A stretch of DNA of 64,000 nucleotides from Octopus sinensis (lineage: Eukaryota). The stretch spans positions 48,546,001 through 48,610,000 of the forward strand of contig NC_043001.1 of the NCBI RefSeq assembly GCF_006345805.1. Direction: 5' to 3'. This document shows, piece by piece, positions 12,437 through 24,153 of this stretch. The notes below the pieces were generated by a model. It had not been told where the DNA came from, did not search any database, and was given only the letters and a program-made list of their open reading frames with translations. The translations under genes and the position numbers were made by a program. Position 1 is the first letter of the stretch. Every line of letters starts with the position of its first letter.

Positions 12437-15204
12437 AAAATATGCTTAGTGGCAACATAATAGTCAAGATAACAGCTTTGTATTTTATGAGATTGCAGGA
12501 GATGGTGAAAATGACTAAAGTGATCTCTTAGAACTCGCAGTATTATCAGTCTCACTTGGTATGTGGCTCAGGACAATGTACAATTGCCTCTGTTCATGCT
12601 ATTTACTCGCTGCGCGCGCGCACACACATCTGTTTTAGGCTGGCGGATTACAAAGAGTAACGTTGAAACAATCTTGCAAAACGTAAACAATGATTTTTAT
12701 CAAGAAAAATAATCCAATATAATTTGATTTTGCACTTTATGAATTGCAGACTGCCTATGAGAAAGCTTGAGATTCTGGGCGTAACCATAGACAGTAGGGT
12801 GTTTATAAAAAGAACATATCACAAATGTGACAGCTAATAAATTACTGCTGGAAAGTTTGCATCCAGGTCAAGTGCAAACGACTTTAACGAAGTGGAAATG
12901 TTACACAAATAAACTTCGCCCAAATTTATATTCATCTTAACGATGACAACTGCGAATGCGTGGAACTTTAAACCTAAAAGATTGTCCAAGTTCGTACATT
13001 TAATATCTTTAAAAAAAAAAACAAGAAATTCTTACCTTTTGCCTGACCAAAGCATTTTCCAAAGTTTGTCCCAAACTTCCATGCTTATTTTCAGACTTTT
13101 AGCTAGCCCTTGTTTTATACGTTCTGGGTAATAAATATTAAATTCCTTTCATAAGTCCCTAGTTACTCTAGTGAGTGAAAAAAAAAGAGGGGGGAGGTGG
13201 AATTTGTATCATATATCGGCACCAGGGAAATATATCGTGTTTCACATGTGATACACAGGACAAGTAAAAGTTTAAGGGTTTAATTAAAAGTATTTATGAA
13301 ATTCAATCCTGGTAAATTGATTTGCAAGAATGTATAACAAATCCGAAGATCGAGTTTTCAGTAAAGCATCAGTAAGAAAAATAATTGGAGCACTAAGTTT
13401 AACGATAGCAAAAACACAATACAGTAAGCTTTCGATAATTTTCATATAAAGTAGCGAATAACAATGAAACAAACTGAAAGTAAAGCAAAAATTGTTAATA
13501 ACCAGCAATAAATACATATTTTTGTCAGATACGCGCCCCACTTTTTAAAGATTTTATTATTTTTTTTTTCTGATTCCTGTTGTATGCCAATAAAAAATTT
13601 TAAAATAAGCCTCCCACCTCACTTATATCATTTTTTAAAAATCTACGTTTAAAAATACGAAGATTATGATTGATTTTCTTTTCTTTTTTTCTTTTAGTAA
13701 TTGAATTTATTCCGCCAGCTTTCGGAATATCAAGATCCGCTCAAATTCAGCCTTTTGGATTTAAACTTATCCGTTCATTTGCGCATGCGTAGATGTGTGC
13801 ACTATAATAAGCAGCGTACGGCATAAGGGCGACTTTAGTATGATTGCGCAACATGCTAGAAATTTCTCTCAAACTCTGCACCTCTTAACGACTTATAAAA
13901 AGAAAGAAAATATTGAATAATGTATAAATCCAAAATATGCGGAAATTACGATTCTAAAAAATAACTTTACCCAATATTTCAAGTTTAAAAAAAATCAAAC
14001 TTCTCCCCTGGCTTTCGGATTAACAACACTTACCAGATATTTTTCGTTTGGTGCACAGGGCCCAATGCACCTCTTGACTAACCGCAATAACAAATTAAGT
14101 TTTGAGAAATGAATAACCAAAACTTTACAGAACATTTCAAGGTGAAACGTTTAATAATAGAAACATTAACGTTTGTATAAAAAAAATTACAACGCACTAC
14201 AAACCCTAACTCTAAATATTAAATCCTGACCTTAACCTTTACCCTAAATCGCAACACTGAACCCTAATCCTAACCATAAATATTTAAATCCAAACCCTAA
14301 CCCCAGATTGTCTGCTGGATTGGTTATCGCGATTGGCAAAAATTATTAAATAAAAAAAATCAAGCTATGTAAATGCTCGTAATTTTCTATCATTTCTCCG
14401 GAAATGTTTGGGCCTTTCGTAATTGACATGCGAAATTACATCTCATAATAGAAATTGTCAGTAAAATACTGTTCTGTTATTTTTATTTTTCTTCAAACGT
14501 AAAAAATATCGCCTGCCCGGCACAATAAAGGATGCTTAAGATTGTCTTAATGTTTACGTCCATTTTTATTATAAGACGTTAGAAGTACGTACTTTGTGAG
14601 AGATTTGGTTGTTACTTCTAGCTGGGGAGTTAAATAAAATGGTACAAATAACATCTAAGGAGTAAAGAAACTATAAATTCTTATATATCGTTGTTTTCAG
14701 ATTTTCACTTTGTTGTTTACCATTTTATATATTCAAAGATCGAAAGATTTAATCGAAGCACAATAGTGCGGATACTGTTATAGACGAAAATATGAAATAT
14801 TGAATAATAATATATATTAGATTTATGTTGACACTCTAAGAAGGAAAAAAACACTTCGCTTTCATTCCATTTTACGTTCGCGCAAGCGGCATATTGGTAA
14901 CATTCGTTAAAGCGTCGGATACATTACTTTGCAGTAAATAGCTCCGGTTATCTGCGCTCCTCCAAGTTCGGATCCGACTGATGTCAACTAAGCCTTCTAT
15001 CTTTTCGAGATCTATAAACAGAGTACCAGCTCTGTACAGGGCTCGATTCATTTCTGACTGACCTCTCTTATGGAAGAAGCAGGCTGTGGTTAGGCCTGGA
15101 GAGTGATGTCCAAGACACGTTTATGCCACGACGGTGTTCCTACGACTGCAGAAGAGAGTTGGGGCCCCAAGCAAGGTGTGTACACCCACATTAACATACA
15201 TTCG

Positions 15205-15311
15205 CTACAACTTTCTCTCATTACTCTTGTAGCTCACCTGCGGCGGACCGGCGTCTCGTCCAGGTGGGGAAACCGGCCCTTATGAGCCAAGCATGGCTCG
15301 GGTAGGAACAA
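15205..15311 (+). mobile_element. 3' fragment of SINE family D (V-domain-like)
   Basis: cacctgcggcggaccggcgtctcgtccaggtgggg..cttatgagccaagcatggctcg matches the reverse complement of 53152-53290. Confidence 0.65.
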
Positions 15312-15344
15312 ATATATACACTCATATATGTAAAAGTATGTATC

Positions 15345-15690
15345 TTATTTCGGTCATTAGATTGCAGTCATGTTAAGGAACTGTCTAGAACTTTAGTCGA
15401 AAGAACCGACCCCAGTGCTTATTTATTGATTTTTTTTAAAGATGGTACTTATTCAATCGTCTTTCGACGAACCGCTAAGTTGTGGGGACGTAAGAACAAC
15501 CAACACCGGTTGTCAAAAGGTGGTGCGACACATACATATATACATATATATATGACGAACGTCTTTCAGTCAGTCTTCCAAATCCACTCACAAGACTTTG
15601 GTCGGCCCTGGGCTATAGCAAGGTGCCACGCAGTAGGACTGAACTCGAAGCCGTATGGTTGGAAAGCAAACTTTTTACCATTCAGCCACT
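15345..15690 (-). mobile_element. SINE family A (diverged)
   Basis: Contains gaaccgctaagtt..ggggacgtaa..caacaccggttgtcaa..aaatccactcacaag..aaggtgccacgcagtaggactgaac. Confidence 0.7.
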
Positions 15691-17584
15691 TTCAATAACT
15701 GTTTAAATTCTGCTGTCTGCAGACAGTATCAGTAAAATCGCATCTCACTTGACTTACACGATTTCGATTTACACTACGACTTGCGGAAGCAATCTACTGT
15801 ACAAATCAGGAACAACTATATCTGATGTCTTAGTGGTTTGTCAAACTAACAAAATCTGGAGTTCGTTGAATCAGGAACTAACAGAAGAAAAATGCTCTTC
15901 TTGGTGCGACATTATGTATTATTTATTATATTAAAACTATAGATCCGGATATGTAATATTGTTTAATATATCTCTATATCTTCTTTATTTCTTTGTCTAC
16001 ATACACACATACACAAACGCATACTCACACGGCTATCTTTAACGAAAGCAGTGTCAATTAAAATGGAATCAACAATAATGGAGAATTGTACCAAAATAAC
16101 TTATTTGGCTTCTGGCATGATGAAATAAAAACGACAGCCAGGAAATTACATAGTTTCGAAATTTATCTTGACTGTTCTACATCATTACATCTTGTAATAT
16201 ATATTTAATTCTTGTTGTGACAGGTATACATCTTTATTCACAAAATTCATCTCCCAATAAAACACATTTTAGTTAGCTTTTCGAATTGAGTTACCCTCTT
16301 TTAAAATACATCTTATTTTTTCAACAATGCTCGGCTTTATAACTTAAATGAAATCAGTAATATATAATAACTTCATAATTATAATAACAAACCTATTTTT
16401 AAACATTATTCTTCGTTTCGGTGACTCAGAATAGCGGAGTTATTTTTATACATTATTGTCGGTTTCACATTAATTCACGCCGCTTTGCTTTAAGGTTACC
16501 TATTATTCAAAAGTATTTCTGTCGGTTTTAGCAAAAAGTCTTGCAGTTGTTCGATCAACAAAATGGCCTGTTCATTGAATTGATGTGTGACTGAATAACC
16601 CACAAACATTCTTGTTGAAGTTAATTCTCGAGAATCAGCGTGACGTCGAGTTACGAATAAAAGTTCGTCCATGTTTCTGCCTACCAAAGGCTTCGTTTGA
16701 AAAGTCATACTCGCCCAATATGCCCTATAATGCTATCAAATAAATGTAGGACCTTATAAGTACTTTACAATATATGTTTGTTTTTGAGCAAAGAAAAAAA
16801 ATTCTATTTCAGACTGATGCACGGTGTATGTATGAACGTGTGTGTGTGTGAATGGTTACTCTAACATCACCTGTGTGTGGTAGCACACTTGTCGCGAATA
16901 TATAGTGTGGATTCAAGTCCCACGCGTACGGAAAACCTGTTTTTTTTTTTTAATTTCCGTCGAGGACTTTATGCCTCAGACTATTTTCTTTAGTCAGTGC
17001 ACGGTGATCGCTTATAAGCTTTAAGCTTATACAATATTGTTGCTTACAGTATATATATATATTAAACACACATTTAATTTCTTTTGGGCAAATGCCTCAG
17101 AATGTGCTCTTAAAAGCTCCTATGTTTCTGCTTGTTGACTGCTACCACTTGTTATTCCCCCATCTTCCAGTGTAATCCTATAGAACGGTTATACATGCAG
17201 AATGATATAGGCAACCTCAAGAGTCATAGATATTACGAATAATCTTAAACAAAATCCTATGAATATGATAATGTCTTCACAAATGAACATGTCTACTAAA
17301 TTCACTCACAAGGCTTTGGTTGGCCTAAGGCTATCGTACTGTGACTGAACTCGTAACTATATATGTATAGTTGCACTAATGCACGTCATACTCTTTTATC
17401 ATGGCCCGTTGTTGTGTACAGTATGGTCGTTAGCATGGATATCGTATAACTGGGTAGTTGGATTTGTCGGTCACTTCCCGTCTTTCGGTCGATTACCCGC
17501 ATACGATAGGGACTAAGGAATCAGAGCTGACCCTGGGCTACACATTGTGTGTGTGTGTATTTAATCTATGTATGCACTATGTAT

Positions 17585-17720
17585 GCGTGGCTCAGTGGTT
17601 AGAGCGTCGAGCTTACGATCGTGAGGTTGTGAGCTCGAATCCCGGACCGGGCTGCGTGTTGTGTTCTTGAGCAAGGCACTTTATTTCACGTTGCTCCAGT
17701 CCACTCAGCTGTAGAAATGC
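17585..17720 (+). mobile_element. 5' part (tRNA-derived head) of SINE family C
   Basis: gcgtggctcagtggttagagcgtcgagcttacgatcgtgaggttgtgagctcgaatcccgg is followed by the family-C body (gtgttcttgagcaaggcactttatttcacgttgctccag). Confidence 0.8.
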
Positions 17721-18018
17721 AAGCCAGTCTCAAACTAATGGTGGCAAAGTTTTTTGTTTTATTTTATAACATAGGGTTTCTTATCTTAATCAGTTGATGT
17801 GCGTGTGGATAAACTTGCTCTCGTCTTGTGAGTGTGCTGTCCATGTATGTGTATTTTATATATACATATGATTGTGTTTATGTGTTCAGCTCAAGAACCT
17901 CAAATGGACAATCTCTGGAATGTTTTACAAAATTTGATTGCAATTGCAATCGATTCTATTTGGAGAATGCGAATCAGTTTGCTCTATTTGGAGAATTTCT
18001 AGGCGCGCGCGCACAAGT

Positions 18019-18052
<34 letters not shown>

Positions 18053-18346
18053 TCACAATATATAACATGATTTAAACATTAAATCTTATATAAGTAGTCG
18101 CTCTATAAATTAAATTTTAACTTTTATCTCGTATTTATTCTTTTAGGATTTCTGATCTTGTTCTTTCCAAGAATTTTCATTTTCTCTCTCCTCTCTCTCT
18201 CTCTCTTATATATAATCACCGTGATCGACCAGGCTATCAGATGTTGCTACACATCGCTGGTCACAATGCACTTCGCATTGTTTTAGCCTTCAAATGACGC
18301 CACCCTGCTGGCTAAGCGAGCAGGCCAATATATATATATATATATA

Positions 18347-18607
18347 TGGGTCATGAAAGCTAATGGTGTCAATATACGGGGTTATGAGAGCTAATGGTGT
18401 CAAAGGTGTCAGGTAATGCTCGCATCTATTTTCATTCCTCCACTTTACTTTCTATTTCATATTTTATCGAAATTAACTATTGCTTAACCATTTTCTCACA
18501 CCGTCTCCGATGAAGGAATATAAAAAATATCTCGGAAACAGCTGTAAGACCTATTTATAAATGTTCTAAAATCTTCACAGCCTTGTTTTTTTTTATCTCA
18601 TTCTGAA
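18347..18607 (+). mobile_element. (TA)n-flanked repeat carrying a hammerhead motif; probable Penelope-like terminal repeat
   Basis: The segment is bounded on both sides by (TA)n and contains the hammerhead core at 18503-18550. The Penelope assignment is inferred from the known association of minimal type I hammerheads with these elements. Confidence 0.5.
18503..18550 (+). ncRNA. Minimal type I hammerhead ribozyme-like motif (U4C core variant)
   Basis: GTCT (stem I), CCGATGA, imperfect stem II (aggaatat-aaaaa-atatctcg), GAAA, C-AGCT-G (short stem III with palindromic loop), TA, then AGAC (stem I'). The predicted cleavage triplet is GUA. Confidence 0.6.
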
Positions 18608-18618
18608 ATATATATATT

Positions 18619-18660
<42 letters not shown>

Positions 18661-19402
18661 TGAGGATGTGTGTGTGTCTGTCTGTGTGTTTCCCTAAAAC
18701 TTGAGAACTACACAACCAATTTCATTCAAATTTTACACATGCCTTACTTAAGATCCGAGGTGTCATCAGCAAAACAAAATTTAACTTTTTGCCTAGGGCG
18801 ACCCCACAGCTATATATCTTCTCCACTATTTCAGTATTACGTGTTAAAAGTGAAACAAAAGCTTCTCTCTTTGTAATGCAGACACTTTCACTTTAATACT
18901 GAAACTATTAAAGTGAAAGTATTATATAACGGGGATGGACCATTAACAGTGGTCATCCATTTTGCTAGAAGATCCTCTATGGTCTTATATGCTACACCAC
19001 TGGTTTTCAATTCCTATTAATCAAATTAATATTCAATTTTTCACCCTTATTATGTGTGTGTGTGTGCATTAGCAATTCGTATAAAACTGCATCAATGATT
19101 TGAACTTGAATAAGTGGTTTCACATAAATGGGGATAAATTAAAAAGGTTTGTTATTATTATTATTACTGTTTGACTATTGTAAATCACGTTTGTTGGTTC
19201 CTCGTAAGGGAAACGTTGTAGTGTTGCATTTGTTAAATAATTGTAAACCGTAACCCTCCCCCTTTCGGAGAAGGGGCTTTGGTTATTCTTTAAAAATTGA
19301 ATTGTGTCCCTGTTTGGGGAAATTGATAATATTTTCACCGTCTTTACGAAAGCATTTTTGTTAGAATGCCTTCGATAGAAGAAAGTTCAAAAATGAATTT
19401 CG

Positions 19403-22400
19403 CTGCAGCAGACTTTCAATGCCCACAACAACGTTGAGTTTTGCAACTCCGTTAAATCCATCAAGTACGTTTGCAAATATGTAAACAAGGGTTCTGTCGC
19501 TGCAATGTTTGGACTTCAACAAGAATACTGCTAGGATGAGGTGACGCATTATCAAGTGGGACGGTACATAAGTAGCAACGAGGCTTTCTGGCGCATCTTT
19601 GGCTTTCCAATTCACCAACGACACACCGCCATTCAACAGCTTGCAGTGCACCTGGAAAATGGTCAAAGAGTGTACTTCACCGATACTAATACTTCTCTGT
19701 TGGCAGAGGAACCAAAGGATAGCACACTCACTGCATTCTTCAAGCTTTGTCAAGTGGATCCATTCGCTCAAACCTTGCTGTATCCACAGATTCCATCGTA
19801 CTACATTTGGAATGGAAAAAAGTGGGCCCCACGGAAAGCAGGTCAAAATGTTCATGGATACCCTGGCATTAAGTTTCACACTTGCCTTGGGCGATTATAC
19901 ACAGTGCATCCCACTCAACAAGAGTGCTTCTACCTTCGTTTACTACTGCATGAGGTCAGAGGGCCAACGTCTTTCCAGGCCCTAAAAACCGTTCATGGAC
20001 ATGTCTGCACAACATACACAGAAGCCTGCTATCGACAAAGTCTGTTAGAAGACGGTGCACAACGGGATGCAACTTTAGGAGAGGCTGCTTTATCATAATC
20101 ACCTAAAAGTCTCAGGGCACTATTTGCAGTATTACTACAGGCATGCTAACTGTGTGATCCGGCCACTCTATGGCTCAAATATAGAGACAACCTGGCTGAA
20201 GACTTTCAGCGCCATCTCAACTGCTCTATCTTGACATGGAGGGTATCAGCGATGAAATCTATAACAAAAGACTCATTGACATTGAAGACAGAATTGCTAA
20301 ACTGGGTGGAAATGAATTGTCGACGTATGGCCTGCCACAAGGATTCAGGTCAGGGTCAAATAGCCTTCCCAGTGCTGTCATTCGTGAAACAACCTACGAC
20401 ACTCAAGCGCTTTCAAAGTACATTGTTGAAAATGAGCCTAAATTACTTCCAGGCCAGCTGCAGGCCTACAGAACTATTCTTAACAGTGTACGCCAACGCA
20501 AGGGACGAATCTTCTTCCTCGATACTCCTGGAGGGACAGGAAAAACATTTATTACAAAGCTTCTCCTTGCAGAAGTTAGGCAGCATCAGGACATTGCAGT
20601 AACTGTAGCCTCCTCTGACATTGCAGCTACCTTTGTTACCCGCTGGCAGGACAGCACACTCAACTTTTAAACTCCCTCTCAATTTAGCAGCATCCAAAAT
20701 GCCTTCATGCAACATCAACAAAAGCTCAGATCAGGGACAAGTACTTAAAATGTGTCATCTAATTGTCTGGGATGAGTGCACTATGGCTCACAGGGGAGCT
20801 TTGGAAGCATTAGATAGAGCCCTGAAAGACATCCAAGACTGTTAGGCTCCAATGGGAGATGATTTCAGACAAACTCTTCCTGTCATTCCGAAAGGCACTA
20901 GAGCAGATGAAGTCCAAGCATGCCTAAAGTCCTCTACCCTGTGGCATCATGTTACAATCCTCAGTCTCACCACTAACATGAGAGCTCAGCTACACAGCGA
21001 CAAAATGTCCACAAAGTTTGCACAGGACATTTTGACACTTGGTGAAGGCAAGATGCCTCTCGATGCTGCAGGACAAATGGGAGTGTGGTAATTTTCCTCT
21101 GTTGTTAATTCTGTAGATGACCTCAAAAACAAAGTCTTTCCCAACTTCACAAAAAACTACCAAAATCACAATTGGCTATGTGAAAGAGCAATATTAACTC
21201 CAAAAAACGTCGCTGTTAACAAAATTAATCAACAGCTAATGCATTCTCTTCCCGGCACTATACACACTTACAAGTCTGTTGATACAAGTCTCTCTATATA
21301 AACGGCAGTTTGTCTGTCTGTGGGTCTGTCAGGTTGTACCCTCACCCTGACCACGGCTTTCAACCGATTCTGATGAAACTTAACACACACATAGCCCAAT
21401 GTCATAATTCAAAACTAACGCAGCGAAAATTTTGAAAAGTTCCCTCAGTTCTGAAAAAAATCGGTAAATTCGACATGGGGTCGAAAATCTAAGCTTTTTA
21501 TATGCAACACATTTTCTGTTGTAGTTTTCACAACTTGCAATCGATTTTCACCAAACTCATGGTGAAGCTTAATGTTACCCTAAGAAACTTAATTCTGACG
21601 TTAGTTTTCCATGCAATACCCTACCATCAGAAAAAATCGATAAAATCATGCCATTTTGGGAAATCGCGTTCAAACTCAAGATGACATATTTTCGACAATA
21701 TCTTTCACAAATTGGCAGGAATTTTTTTTTAAATTCACAGCGAGCATCATGTCTGCTCCAAGGAGCTATATGGCTCTTTTTATTCCAATAGGATACTTTA
21801 TTATTGGAAAAAATCGGTTAATTAAATCATATGTGGCACAAACCACAGACTGTCTAGGGGACGCAACTCGACCTTTTTAACTCTCGGAACACGTAGGGTA
21901 AGTATCCCAAAATGTATAAAAAATGTACAAAAACGGCAAAAAAGCGGGCAGCAATGTGAGTGACAACAACGAAAAAGTCAAAAGTGACCAAACTGAACAA
22001 ACGAATGGAAAAGGTATTTTGGTGCACACGACAAAAGCGGTTTATAATAAACCAAGAGTTTGCAAGTAGCGTCCGAGAACCCTTAGGGTACGTCAAAAAT
22101 TTAAGGTAAAACGTTTGGGGTGGTAGTTATAAAGAAAGTTAAAGTATTCGAATAACTGGCGGCTGCAGCAGCTATTAGCAGAAGTGGCGGTGTTGGGGTA
22201 ATTTCTTCCTGGTAGGAATTGGTTGGGTTGAATTATCGATAGCTGTTTGATAGTTATTTGGGAGTGAAGAGAAGACATTGCAACCTACACATGCGCCTTC
22301 GTTCCCCAGAGGGAAAGGACTAGATTGGGATTAGTCGTTGCCTACTAGAGGCTCTTACATACTCTGGCAACGCCGGGCTATGCTGCTAGTTCCAGATATA

Positions 22401-22860
22401 AATGAAGTTGTGAACTATCCTCCTGAATTTCTCAATTCACTAGAGCCTCCTGGACTACCTCCACACATATTAGCACTTAAAGTTGTAACTCCTGTAATGC
22501 TACTCCGCAATCTGGAACCAACAAGACTTTGCAATGGAACACTACTGGTGATAAAGAAAATGATGTCACACGTTATCGAGGCGATCATTCTTTCTGGATG
22601 TGGAAAAGGTGATGACATCTTTATTCCAAGAATTCCTCTTACTCCATCAGGAGCAGAAATTCCATTTACATTCAGAAGACTGCAATTCCCCCTTCGTGTC
22701 AGCTTTGCCATGTCCATTAACAAATCTCAGGGTCAAACCCTCTCTGTAGCTGGTCTTCTCTCGGAAGAGTCCTGCTTCTCGCATGGGCAACTGTATGTTG
22801 GCTGCTCAAGAGTAGGAACTAAAAGAAACCTTTTTGTATATGCTCCACAAGGAACATTGT
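19403..22860 (+). pseudogene. Helitron RepHel pseudogene: Rep motif 3 plus PIF1-like SF1 helicase
   Basis: FNAHNNVEFCNSVKSIKYVCKYVNKGS (Rep YxxKY), GRYISSNEAFWRIFGF, LAVHLENGQRVYF, Walker A DTPGGTGKTF, Walker [59 protein letters not shown] and [11 protein letters not shown]. It has stops, frameshifts and an insertion at 21288-22389. Confidence 0.95.
21288..22389 (+). mobile_element. Non-autonomous Helitron nested in the RepHel helicase
   Basis: Starts (g)TCTCTCTATATAAACGGC..(CTGT)n and ends tGGCAACGCCGGG..TGCTAG. Removing it rejoins GAT ACA A|TT CCA GAT ([22 protein letters not shown]) at an A|T site with no TSD. Confidence 0.85.
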
Positions 22861-23052
22861 TTACAACGAGGTGTTATAATCTCAACAGCCAGGAGGTATA
22901 TACATGATCCCCCTTTTTTTAACAAACCTCATGTACTTTCATGTATTTATATTAATATACGTATATATGTGTGTGTGTATCCATATATATATAACAGAAA
23001 AGTCTAATTCTTCAATTGAATGTAACCGGGCAACGCCGGGTATCTCTGCTAG

Positions 23053-23121
<69 letters not shown>
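23053..23121. repeat. (TA)n microsatellite
   Basis: Direct inspection. Similar runs occur at 18623-18655, 23360-23390 and 23945-23990. Confidence 0.95.
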
Positions 23122-23124
<3 letters not shown>

Positions 23125-23357
23125 TGTTCTTATCTGTACATTACCGTGAGCTGAAGCAAATGAAAAATAAATGAGGTTTCCTCTCGCTGATAGTAGTATT
23201 AAGTTTATCACCGGTACGTGTTACTGAATTTATACCACCAGCGATGGAGCCTCTACTTAGTCCTTCAACTGGCAGCTTTTAAATAAAGCATATTACTCTA
23301 CCCCTGGTATTTGAGTACTCTTTTTTCCACCTTGTTTCACATTTATGTGTTTACTCC

Positions 23358-23394
<37 letters not shown>

Positions 23395-23909
23395 GAGAGG
23401 AAGAGAGATTACTACCTTTTTCAAATACGCTTTATTATTATTTACCATGCGAAGTTGGAAAGGATTTTTTCATCATTCTTTTAAATCTTCAGTACGCCGA
23501 GGAAACGAAGAGAAATTGCACTAGAAAATACTGCCGGATCTGTTTCATACGACACCCTACTGTCTTAAAAGAAAGACTTGGACCCATTGCTTACTGTAGT
23601 TCAAGATTACATACACTGTATGAATAATAATAAAAATAAAAACAAAAAAACCTTAGATCACAGAGCTATTGGATCACAGTTGATATGAGGCATTACTGTC
23701 AGACAGTTTATTGCTCAGACGCCTATATATTTCGCCTTGTGCGATCTTTGTTTATCGCGTGTATAGTGTATGTGTGTAACTGAGTGGAAATTAGATCAAT
23801 GATATAATTTTGTAAAGCAGTATTGGGAATAGATAAATGACGGAGAAGTAGTAACAGGCCTTCTGCGTGACTTCGTCCAGATGTGAGGACCTGCCAGTGA
23901 TCTCTGCTC

Positions 23910-23991
<82 letters not shown>

Positions 23992-24107
23992 GTACGTGTG
24001 TGTGTGTATATATATAGGTATATATATATATCTACACATATATATACACACACATATATATAAAGACTATGGCCGTCTTACGTGATGTATATGTTCGTAG
24101 GTGTGTA

Positions 24108-24153
<46 letters not shown>

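Larger units (their letters stand above)
18655..23052 (+). mobile_element. Internally deleted Helitron (rolling-circle transposon)
   Basis: The 5' end merges into (TA)n and continues ataaaactgag..(GT/CTGT)n. The 3' end has hairpin CCGGGCAACGCCGGG (23026-23040) and CTAG (23049-23052) followed by T. RepHel coding remnants lie inside. The 5' boundary is approximate. Confidence 0.88.

Noticed and set aside
17585-17660. tRNA-like sequence with A and B boxes
   Set aside because: It continues into the family-C SINE body and lacks a proper acceptor stem. It is a SINE head, as are those at ~7300-7355, 53370-53440 and 62615.
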